A stretch of 64,000 bases of DNA, taken from Tubulanus polymorphus (Eukaryota > Animalia > Nemertea). Below, one piece after another: positions 53,448-64,000 of the stretch. The notes under the pieces were generated by a model. The model ran no database searches and was not told the origin of the DNA. It saw only the letters and a program-made list of their open reading frames with translations. The stretch covers positions 2,202,485 to 2,266,484 of the forward strand of contig NC_134027.1 of the NCBI RefSeq assembly GCF_964204645.1, written 5' to 3'. The first letter of the stretch is position 1. Every line of letters starts with the position of its first letter. The position numbers and the translations under genes are program-made.

Positions 53448-54656
53448 ATGATGGTTCGGTTATTGTTTACCCTGGTACTAGCCGTTATATGTACCTTCAC
53501 AGGTAGGTTGGAAATTGTTCATTACATTTTATGACTCTCTTCTATAATTTCGCACTGACAGAATTCGATCCTGAAATTCCTTTTTAGAGGCTGCATCGAG
53601 GACCATAACGGTGATAGAGGGTAAGCCATTTTCACTGACTTGTAGAGTTCCGAGAAAACCGAGGTCGGTGCCGTTGGAATGGATGTACAAAGCTCCCGGT
53701 GAAGTCAGATTCGAGAAGATAATGACAAACTGTCGTGTTACGAGCATGCGTTTCTCTAAGTTAGGTATTTGGTCCTCGGACTGCGAGCCTTCGACGGGAA
53801 CTTATAAAATCTTTTTCAATTATGCACGGGCTGCGAATGCAGGAGTCTACACGTGTGTGGTAAGAAATAAAAGATTAGACACGACCGTCGTCGTTAAAGG
53901 TATTCATTATTAATTTTTGCTTTGAAGAAGTATACGTATCTAAAGAAAGTCCCGCTTAAAACTGAGTTGATATATAACATTTCAAATTCAGATGCCGAAT
54001 ATACAATAAGAACTGAATTGCGCCCAGGTCCAAGATTGGAAGAAGGACGTTACGCTACATTTAATTGTTCAGTCCCACATTTGCCGAAAGGAAAGAAAAT
54101 ATTATGGTATTTCAGTAACGGTAATCGTAATGGATACCTCAGCAGTCGCGAGGATAGGTGTAGAGCGGATTACATGCCAATCGTTACAGATCTTGGAATT
54201 CAATTTTACTCATGTACACCAAACAGTGTTGAATTCACGATATCACACGTCGAGGCAGATAATACAGGTCAATATACCTGTATAGTGGGTCGCAAAAGGA
54301 AAACCGTCTCTCTTCACGTCGAAGGTTCGTTTTTTTAACATTCAATATCAAAGAAAAAACATTTTGTAAAAGATTACTGTCTTACAATCGTCATGCAGAC
54401 ATTATAGCAAGATTGGGTTTTTTTCATACTTAGAATCATATCAACTATAGTACTGGGTCATCATTGATATGGATATCATCTTCATTCGGTGGGGATTCGA
54501 ACCTGACTCACGAGTTTCGAATCCCTGCTTATGAATGAGGATGTAATATGAATGATTTGAGTTCGTGATGTTGAATTGCGGTAGGTTTTTTCAGAAATGG
54601 GTATCGAGATTTTTCCAAGTCGAAGAAGACGACGAAACATGAAAACAATGGAATGA
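53448..54656 (+). CDS. Secreted Ig-domain protein, cluster gene 1 (signal peptide + 2 Ig domains + polybasic tail, ~253 aa)
   Basis: Exons 53448-53502 (MMVRLLFTLVLAVICTFT), 53588-53899, 53992-54324 and 54595-54656 (EMGIEIFPSRRRRRNMKTME*), all with phase-1 junctions. Ig motifs LTC..W..AGVYTC and FNC..WY..TGQYTC. Confidence 0.82.
54477..54543. mobile_element. 67-bp mini copy of the CATC...GATG element in the last intron of Ig gene 1
   Basis: Starts catcttca, ends tgaggatg and contains gggattcgaacc..ctcacgagt as in 20648-20972. No clean TSD; not seen in the paralogous intron of gene 3. Confidence 0.5.
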
Positions 54657-55309
54657 AACCCGACAATAAATATATATATGAAAATACATACATAATATGA
54701 TATAAATAGTAAATAATATGATACAAATATACATTCAAAATCAACTAAATCTAGTTCTTTTTATATTTCATTGGTTAAAATGACGGCTACTTTCTTCTTG
54801 AGTTTGGCTTTGTAATTAAGCTTCGAATTTAATAATTCAGAATAATTTATTTAATCGTACGATCAAAAGAACCGGAACACCATTCAGCAATGTTATTTCA
54901 GCCGATTATGTGTAGGTGAAATATAGGTTAAATATGTGGGGTGAAAGTAAGTAATTATGGGAGGGAGAGAGAATGCGCATTCATATTTTGTTTGTTTTCC
55001 CTTTTTTCCTTTGAAAAAATAGAACTAATAATATCAGAACATTGTACTATAATGATTATTCGTCGGACTAATTCGTGGGTAATAATAATCCACCGTATTA
55101 AATTGGTTGCAGTTTGCGTCTGGATGAAATCATTTTCATCGAATTTGGTGACTGACTGGTAAGTTCTCGAAAAGTCCTATCATATTGAATTATGAAACTT
55201 ATCTTTTCAAACTATTACCGATGTATTTCAATTCATTTTATGTGTTATATGTTTTTTTTCCAATACATTCAGATGTAATTTCTAATGAAATATGTTTTAG
55301 ATATATATA

Positions 55310-55941
55310 ATGGCTCGTTCGCTGTTTATCCTCGTTCAACTGCTGCTATCCACGTGTATCGTATTGTCGGGTATAATTTCAAACTCAACGACAACTTCTT
55401 ATCATATAAAAAAATAGAATTTATTCACATCATGTATTCATCGAACATTAAAATTGTGTTTGTGCGCTATCTATACTTTCAGAAGTGGAATACAAGGTTG
55501 TGACAGAGTATCGGAATTATTCATTTGGGCGTTCTGGACTAGCTAAAGGTTCCTTCATCGTGGTCACCTGTAAAGCTCGTGGAATACCACCTGGTGAAGC
55601 GATGCTCTGGTATTACGAAGGGAAAGATAAAAGTGGATTTATTCGTGAAACTGCTGACTGTTCTCTGCGTACGGAATTGTCCAGACCTCTAGGCGTTACT
55701 GGATTGACGTGCGACAAGGATCAGACGAGGCTGTTTTTCGACCCCATCTGGTCTAAAGCTAACGGTCGTTATACCTGTATAGCCGGCAACAAGAACAGTA
55801 CTATCCCTATTCATGTAACAAGGTTTGTAAACTTTCTATCTATACGAACCATTACTGAACTCTTAACTTGATGACGTGTGTCTTATTGGACTCCGGGAAC
55901 GCCAATAGTGTCTTATTCTTATTGTACATTGTAGAAACTGA
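55310..55941 (+). CDS. Secreted single-Ig-domain protein, cluster gene 2
   Basis: Signal exon 55310-55370 (MARSLFILVQLLLSTCIVLS) and Ig exon from 55483 (VTC..WY..NGRYTC). The end is either a splice 55822>55935 giving RN*, or read-through to the stop at 55871. Confidence 0.7.
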
Positions 55942-56060
55942 GCAAACTTTCAACTGAGCTAATTTTCAACTGAGCTTACTTTCATCTGAGCGAACTTTCA
56001 ACTGAGCTTACTTTCATCTGAACGAACTTTGAACCGAGCTAACTATTAACCGAGTGAACC
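55937..56060. repeat. 16-bp minisatellite
   Basis: About 7-8 units of actgagc(a/t/g)(a/t)actttca. Confidence 0.85.
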
Positions 56061-57097
56061 AGAACATGGTGAATACGACGCGTTCTGAAATACATCTAAT
56101 CTGAAAACGAATATTGTGAAACTAATAAAGTGGCAAATTAGTATTAGAAATCAAAACCTGTTTAATTTAATGAATTTCCTGGATTTCTTGCAGAGGAGTT
56201 TGAGAAAACTGGTTTTCAATAAACAATATAGTTTTATTCAACTTGCACGAGGAAAATGTGCGGATAACATCGATAGTTGTGCCGTCAAAGAGGTCCTGGA
56301 ACAACGTGTAATTAACACACATAACAACCCAGTTACTAGCAATGGTGTAGAAGAGCCGTAAAAGAATCGATGGGAGTATTACATAGTAACTATTTCTTGA
56401 GCAACAACATTGCCCGGCAGTAAACGGGCAGTAAACCCGGTGATGGAGTCATCTACAACCATCAGATTGGCCTGGAATTTACCGACTTTCCTCGATGAAA
56501 TAAACCTACTTCCAATATGTCAGCGATATTTTTCTTTCGATATAACTGACAAGTATTTCTAAATCTCTAAGACTAATCACGTCCGTGAACGTGTGCTCAC
56601 AATCCTAACCATATACGGCAGGTGGAAAATATCTTTGATTAAAAGCGACTCTCCAAGCACCCACCCATACTGAATCGTTTACTAAATGGAGTAGGATGCA
56701 AGAAATTATAAATGTTTCCAGTGGACCCAGTGGGCTTTCGTGTAGAATACATCGATTCAATTTATGTAAGAACACATCTGGAATATATGTCTATATTGCA
56801 AAAGCATGATTTGTTTTGCCAAATTACTGTGAATACGTCATTTCAGCGTCAGTTTACCATCAGCCGTTAAACTGCTACAATTACTAGTAATTGTCTGCTT
56901 TGTTTTGTTGGCGTTTATCGACGCTAGCAAAGATTTTACATGTATGAATGCAGATTGATCGAACTATAAGCCTGGTGGATGTGTATGTATGACGTATTTT
57001 CTAAGGAGTTGTGAGTTAAAGTTTCATTTTTTGGTACATTTTCTTTATTCTTTCCTGGTTGCGGTTTGTAATTGTTTTTCGTGGTTGGGTTACAGAA

Positions 57098-58167
57098 ATG
57101 ATGGTTCGTTTATTGTTTATCCAGGTACTAGCCGTTATATGTACCTTAACAGGTAGGTTGGAAATTGTTCATTACATTTTATGACTATCTTCTATAATTT
57201 CGCACTGACAGAATCGGATAATTAAATTTCTTTTTAGAGGCTGCATCGAGGACCATAACGGTGATAGAGGGTAAGCCGTTTTCACTGACTTGTAGAGTTC
57301 CGAGAAAACCGAGGTCGGTGCCGTTGGAATGGATGTACAAAGCTCCGGGTGAAGTCAGATTCGAGAAGATAATGACAAACTGTCGTGTTACGAGCATGCG
57401 TTTCTCTAAGTTAGGTATTCGGCAATCGGACTGCAAGCCTTCGACGGGAACGTATAAGATCTTTTTCGATTACGCACGCGCTGGGAATGCAGGAGTCTAC
57501 TCGTGTGTGGTAAGAAATAAAAGACTCGACACGACCGTCGTCGTTAAAGGTATTCATTTCTCTGCGCTTTGAACGAATTCTTTAAAGAAAATTATTCCCT
57601 TTTTTCTGAAATTTCAATCGATACAACATCAATTTCAGAGGCCGAATATTCGATAAGAATTAAACTATACCCACGACCAAGATTGGAAGAAGGAAGTTCT
57701 GCTACATTCAATTGTTCAGTCCCGGATTTGCCTAAAGGAAAGAAGATATTATGGTATTTCCGTGATAATGATCGCAGGGGGTATATCAGCAGTCGCGAGG
57801 ATAGATGTAACCGGGATTACATGCCAATCGCTAGAGATATGGGAATTCGATTTTATTCATGCGCACGAAACAGTGTTCAATTTACTATCTCAGAAGTGAA
57901 AGCAGATAATACAGGTCAATATACCTGTATAGCGGGTCGTAAAAGGAAAACTGTCTCTCTTCACGTCGAAGGTTTGTCCAATTACAATTACAATTAGTTT
58001 AGTTACCTTACGTACCTTATGTTTTTGTCTAGAATCAAATCTGAGGGGGTTGATGATTGGTATGAATATTTGAGTTCGTCATCTTGAATTGAGGTATTTC
58101 CTTTTCAGAAATAGGTATCGAACTTTTTCCCGACCGAAAAAGACGAAATCTAAAGACTCTGGGCTGA
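57098..58167 (+). CDS. Secreted Ig-domain protein, cluster gene 3 (close paralog of gene 1, ~252 aa)
   Basis: Exons 57098-57152, 57238-57549, 57639-57971 and 58109-58167 (EIGIELFPDRKRRNLKTLG*). The first three exon sizes match gene 1. Confidence 0.82.
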
Positions 58168-58969
58168 AACCGGATTATAGAATAGAATATGCATGGTATA
58201 TTGATTGTAGCACTCAATATTATCGTTGTATCTAAAATTGAATATACGTTTCATAGTTATCATAAAATCGAGTTCTTTTTTATATTTCATTGGTTTATAA
58301 AATGACGGCTATTTTCTTCTCAATTTTGAACGTGACGTTTGGCCTTGTGAATAAGAGTCGACGTTGATAATTCACAATAATTCATTTAATGCATATAATA
58401 ATATGTATTCAGAATAATGATACATAAGTTCCATTGATTTCCTGAATTTTTGCAGAGGATTAGGAATCTTTTTCTTTTTGATAAACAAGATAGTTTGAGT
58501 TTTAATCTGCACAAGGTGTGCAGATAACGTCGATCAAAGATCATACGTTTTAGTTGTGGTTGAAATTATTCAAATGTAAAGGATCCCCATAAAATACGAT
58601 AGAACGTAACGAGTATCAATTTAGCGATCATCAATGGAAATATGTTGTGATGAGGCGATTGTTTGGAGCTGGTAATTGTGAAAAATTCATTGATCGTTTA
58701 TTTGCTTATTATAAGATTGTTATGTCCCAATTACAGCTAATAGCAGCTAAAAATGATGCATACTATATTGATGGCCGTTTCTGTTGCCATTTTCCAACCA
58801 AATCGGAGACGGGTAAGTGTTAATTCTATGTCTATTTGTTTGTGTATATATCTATTGATTCTTTAGGAAATGAATTGTGAAATACTGTTATATCAAGCAT
58901 AACTAAAAGAGAATTCATTTTATTTATCAGCTGAGATATAATAAATTGATGTTTGTTGTAGAGTGAAAA

Positions 58970-60612
58970 ATGGATAAATTACTGGTTCAATTGCTGGTAT
59001 TTGCATGTATCGTATTTTCGGGTATGATTTCAAACAAAACTCATTGCCACATTACTTTACCGCTGCATGTGATCTATTGATAATTCCTGTGGTCATTTAT
59101 AGAGTAGAATATATATATTTTTTTCAGAAGCTGCAGCGCGGACGAAAACGGTCAAAGAGGGCGATTCGTTTGAATTGGCTTGTAGAGTTCCGGAAAAGCC
59201 AAGCTCTGTGCCTTTGAAATGGATGGTGAAGTTACCTGGAAGGGCAAAACCTGTGCTTCTTAGCTCAGATTGTAATGCGCACTGGGGGCGTTACACTGAA
59301 ATAATCGGTCTTAGTTTGGTATCCTGTAAGCGCCGTTCGGGCATATATAAACTAGTCTTCAAAAACGCACTTGTTGAAAGTGCAGGTGTTTACTCCTGTG
59401 TGTTAAGGAATCAAAGAGTCGATACAACCGTCGTTATAGATGGTAAGTCGATGTCCTAAATGAAATGCATGATATTTTCTACAACAAATTAAACAGTGGA
59501 ACCGCGTTATAAATAAAGACCACGGATTTTTAACGATTTATTGCTTATTGATAACCGAGATATAATTAATAAATTAATTAATTACTTTACTTCTTTAAAC
59601 TGAGATATTACTGGATACAACGAACTAATGGTACGAACACATTTTCTGGTCCCCTAGTACGGAAGCGATAAGGGGCCTCGAGTTGTCGTGTTCCAACCCG
59701 ACAAGTCGCCTTATGTATGTCGACATAACGCGATATATAGCGTCAAGTCGACATAAATATGTCGACATATCATGACGTTTTCACGACAAATTTCGCTTTT
59801 TCGCCCATTTTCCACGGGACAAGCCGTTATTTGAAGACACGTCTAAATGTAAGATGAGGACGCCAGTAATATGACGACTGAGTTTCAAGTCGTCATGAAT
59901 ATGTCGACTTGTCGCGAGGAAAATGGTCGAGAAAACGAAATATGTCGTCAAAACGTCACGATATAGCGACACGATATATCGCGGTATGTCGACATAAATA
60001 TGACGACTTGTCGAGTTGGAACGCGACATCTCGAGGCCCTTTATCGCTTCCGTACCCTAGGGTTCGTTGCAACGAGGTTCCACTGTACGCATGATACCTT
60101 GAAGAAGTTGTTTATTGTGAATCATTTTCAGAAGTGGACTATACGGTTGTCACAGAAGTGTCGCCACCAGGTCGTGAACTGGTCGAGGGCACGCACGCCA
60201 GTATCTCCTGTACTGCTCGCGGAATACCGCCTGGTAAAAAGATGTTCTGGTTTTACAATGGGAGGAATACTAACGGATTCATCAGCGACCCTTCCAGAGG
60301 ATGTAGAATAAAATGGGGATCTTTGACCAGAATGCTCGCTATAACGTCTTTGACATGCAGCCGGGAATGGATGAAACTTGACATTAGTTCCCTCAGCCTT
60401 GGAAGCAGCGGTCATTATAGATGTCTGGTCGGCAATAAGAACAGTACTATCTCTATTAATGTAAAAGGTTTGTAATTATTCTGAGGTTTTTAGATTTTTG
60501 AACTTTTCGTTGAGTTGGATCCTTTATTTATTCATGTATTCATTTTTCTTATATTGTAGAAGCTGAGCTCAGAATTATATCGGTCAAAAAGCGTGAACTA
60601 AAACTGGATTAG
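58970..60612 (+). CDS. Secreted Ig-domain protein, cluster gene 4 (signal peptide + 2 Ig domains, ~251 aa)
   Basis: Exons 58970-59021 (MDKLLVQLLVFACIVFS), 59128-59442, 60132-60467 and 60560-60612 (EAELRIISVKKRELKLD*). Confidence 0.78.
59494..60085. mobile_element. Tc1/mariner (pogo/Tigger-like) MITE, interrupted by a nested element
   Basis: TIRs cagtggaaccgcgtt and aacgaggttccactg followed by ta. Confidence 0.6.
59658..60054. mobile_element. Non-autonomous DNA transposon, IS3EU-like (TAC...GTA termini, 6-bp TSD), largely palindromic
   Basis: TIRs tacggaagcgataaggggcctcgag... and ...ctcgaggccctttatcgcttccgta. TSD ccctag at 59652-59657 and 60055-60060. Confidence 0.78.
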
Positions 60613-60937
60613 AATCACCGAACAATGTTTGAAATTCCTCTTTGAAAAACTATATTTCACTTTTTAAACTTCGATTATGTTTATCTTCATCGTTCAATGT
60701 TTGTGGTGTTTTTGATAGCAAATAAACATAGACAATTATCGACGGAGTTGGCAACATTGCAAAATAGCTCTATTATCAGATGAAATAAAAGTCGATATTC
60801 TAGGATAAATAGGTTAGCGCAATAAAGGTCCGTAAGTGGTCCATAATTCCTTTCGATTGTGCGATTGTGGTTTATTTGTTTATTTGGTTTATCATGACGA
60901 ATATAACTGAAGTAAAGAGCGGACATTTTTCTTTAGA

Positions 60938-62426
60938 ATGATAATGTTTGTACACGTAGGAATTTTATGCTTCGTCGGGTTTTCGGGTAAGTCACATTTC
61001 GATACTGATCTGATTCTGAACTCCACACTCGGACCTGTGCTGAATAGACAATATATATAACATAACCCGCTATATCTGTTGGAAACATTTCAGATAAATG
61101 TTTGTATCTAGTGGGTTTTAAGTATGTACTACTTGGACTACAATACAACCTGATATAAAATTCAAAAACTGATGTACATTTGCAGTAATTGCGGCAAGGA
61201 CGATCACAGTCGAAGAAGGAAAACCGTTTGAAATACCATGTAGATTCCCTGGCAAATCACCCGGCAGATCTTTGATGTGGATGTTCAGAGATCAAGCGGG
61301 TACTGAGCCTATCCATATTGCGAATGGTTGTCGCCAAATCAGAGAATTCGACTCGAAAAGTATCGGACTTCGTTACGCTACTTGTCGGAGACGTTCAGGT
61401 TTCTATAAATTGACATTTACAAATGCACTCCTGGAAAGTGAAGGAGTTTATTCCTGCGTGGCTGGCAACCAAAAGATTGATACCACTGTCCAAGTAACAG
61501 GTAAAAGACCTCTCATTTAAACTTTCGTAATATACCAGTTTCTACGAATTTATTGCAAATCAAAGGTTTTCTTCTTGTTTTCAATATTAAGAGGCAAACT
61601 CTAATTACAATGTGACAACATTGATTGATCCATTTACACCAACACCGGTTATAGAAGGTCAGACGTTTCGAATTGTGTGCAACGTTCCTGGTCGTCCTAC
61701 TGGGAAAACGGTGCAATGGTATTTCGACGCCGGTCCCGGACGCAGAGGCAAAATCGCGCATAACTGTCGTGTAACAAGGAGTTCACTGGCTTGGAGCCTG
61801 GGTATTCGATACGCGAATTGTGATCGTTCTACGTTATCTCTCGAAATGATGGCTACTCCTAAGAATACAGGAAATTACACATGTATCATAGGTGAACAGA
61901 GAAGTACTGTATCATTGACAGTGAAAGGTATTGCTGACTTGCGATCTACTGCTATAAGTGATGAATCTGTCCTGCTATCTGAAATTATTCTGAAATGTTT
62001 CAGATACTGATTTCGCGGTTGCTGCCGGTTTAATGCCCGGCAATGAAGTCGTTAAGGGATCACGAGCTAGTTTCTACTGCACGACGAGAGGTCTCCCCGC
62101 TAGCAAATCCGTTAGATGGTACTTTAAAAGTCGTACTCGTTCCGGATATATCAACTCCGGCTGTAACCTAAACGGCCTAACGGAATATCTTGGTATTGAA
62201 GCGATTACATGTAGAGGTGATGCTATTAGTATTCGTCTGGATATTCCACGTGTACGTGCAGAAAATACCGGCAGTTACATATGTATTGTAGGTAACAAGA
62301 GGCGGACTCTTCATTTTTCAGTAACAGGTTCGTATTAGCCTTTATGAATTGAAAATTGTGGAAAATTTGCTTTCAGTCGAAACCTCTTTAATCTATGATT
62401 TTACTATATTTTCAGGGGCAAATTGA
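60938..62426 (+). CDS. Secreted Ig-domain protein, cluster gene 5 (signal peptide + 3 Ig domains, ~344 aa)
   Basis: Exons 60938-60986 (MIMFVHVGILCFVGFS), 61186-61500, 61592-61927, 62004-62327 and a probable last exon 62416-62426 (GAN*), with phase-1 junctions. The last exon is the least certain. Confidence 0.78.
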
Positions 62427-63600
62427 ATTAACGGCCACAAAACACAGGTTAAAATGTTAAAACTGATTTTATTAAATAGCGCATCTCATCCCCTAAATCG
62501 CACTGATTTGTTTGTATAGATGGCGAGTCTGTTCTACGAAGTCATTTTGGATTTCATTTACGACAATAAGAAATAGAATTTTCATATGATTATCAAATAT
62601 CATACAACTTCCAAATTTAGATCAGTTACATCGACGACACGTTATCAGCCTGGTCACGTGATAAATATCGGTGTATAAAAGTCATTTAATTGACGTCATT
62701 ATCTAATCACGTGAGTTAGATTTATATAAAATTAGATTTTTCACAGCTTGTTTTCGAGGCATAAACAAATATTGTAATTCTCAAATAATAAATAACGCCT
62801 ATTTACATCGAAATGCTAAATGTGAAACGTGAAATCATTACGTGTAAGTTGTAAAATTCTTATTAAAAAATGTCTCGATCTGTATGATTCTGTATTCAAT
62901 GAAAATAAAATTCCATTTCATCGAATTTATTAAGAATATTCTTTATTCAAAATATTTTCACTAGATATCAAGTGGTCATGTATCTGATATCGGATCCCCT
63001 GCAATCAGAGAATTCATTATGGCAATCTTCGGGATATGAATGAAACATTACAGTTCGGCCTCTCTTACCAGTCGAACATGTAGCCTCACTTGCGGCGCGG
63101 TGCTGCAATCCATCACATCTCTTTTCTTAGTGCTTTAAAATATATGGAATAAGAATAACGATGAAGATACCGAATGAAATTAACAGATAATCATTTTAAT
63201 TGGAAAAAGTTTTTTGCGTGACTAATTGATTCATTAAATGCTCTTCGCCGGAGGAATGTGACCTTTCTTTTAAACTTACGCGAACTGCAAATATACACAT
63301 CTTGTCATTTACAATTCCTACATTGCCTATACTTACTTTCCTTTTCGTCGATCCGGATTTACACGGGTAGCGACAAGAAAAACGTAGTTGAAATTATATC
63401 CACATCACTGAGTGAACATTCGAAAGCATAGTTTTCTGAAGACATTAAAAAGAAATTGCCAACATCTATACACATCAGCGAATACTTTCCTAATTTCACC
63501 ATATGTGTACAAAACACGCAGCTACTCTTTTCTTGCATTCATATTTCGTCACCGAAATCATACATTTAATGAATTTGTAAATTAAGCAATCTACGTATTA

Positions 63601-63822
63601 GGCCAAAAAAATTGATACCTTGTTTCTCCGCTCTGCTGAGCTTAAATGTTGACCCGGCCGGCCGCCTATCTACCCTATACATTACTTTTTGTTAAATCGT
63701 GATCAATTTCACCATAATAACAGACCCGGCCGCTATGGAAATGAACTGTTTATGAATTTTATCATATTTTACAAAAATGACCCGGCCGCTGCGGAGAAAC
63801 AAGGTATCATTTTTGTTTAGCC
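63601..63822. mobile_element. MITE with GG...CC ends next to TTAA (Kolobok-like)
   Basis: TIRs ggccaaaaaaattgataccttgtttctccgc and gcggagaaacaaggtatcatttttgtttagcc. Right flank ttaa, left flank atta; internal gacccggccg occurs three times. Confidence 0.55.
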
Positions 63823-64000
63823 TTAATGAAATATATTCGGACTGCCGTTGTGGCACAGGGTTCGGAAAATTAACGATCTTCGTAGCTATTCTTACGTACC
63901 TCTCGGGGTCTCTCCGATCTGACAGACATATCCAGACGTTTCGATTCCGCTTAAATAATAATTCATACGATATTTATTTGCGAAATTAAGACGATGGAAG

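Noticed and set aside
53529-57436. Antisense ORFs opposite the Ig exons, and other 60-100-aa ORFs in the track
   Set aside because: These are shadows of real coding exons or chance ORFs in AT-rich DNA, many with non-ATG starts and no recognisable motifs.
58753-58812. Alternative signal-peptide exon MMHTILMAVSVAIFQ for Ig gene 4
   Set aside because: It ends in phase 0, out of frame with the phase-1 Ig exon. The 58970-59021 exon fits, so this is probably a 5'UTR exon with a uORF or a decayed leader.

Overview
AT-rich, intron-containing animal genomic DNA, most likely an invertebrate (spiralian-like); this is an inference from short GT-AG introns, FMRFamide-receptor-like GPCRs and the MITE types. 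Gene order: the 3' part of SUCLG2 (+), MRPL52 (-), a ~13 kb repeat/MITE-rich interval containing a ~200-bp inverted repeat whose mismatches favour G-U pairs on the minus strand, FEN1 (+, 12 exons), an intronless HEXIM-like gene with an altered PYNT motif, an intronless class-A GPCR (+), a four-exon secreted Cys-rich orphan gene (+), a second class-A GPCR (-), and ~15 kb with no recognisable coding exons. The window ends with a tandem cluster of five secreted, basic, Ig-domain-only genes (53.4-62.4 kb) built from 10 single-exon, four-cysteine Ig domains in different combinations, which is the most notable system here. Several non-autonomous DNA transposons with readable TIRs/TSDs are present. 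All exon models and counts were made by eye and need RNA-seq or alignment confirmation.
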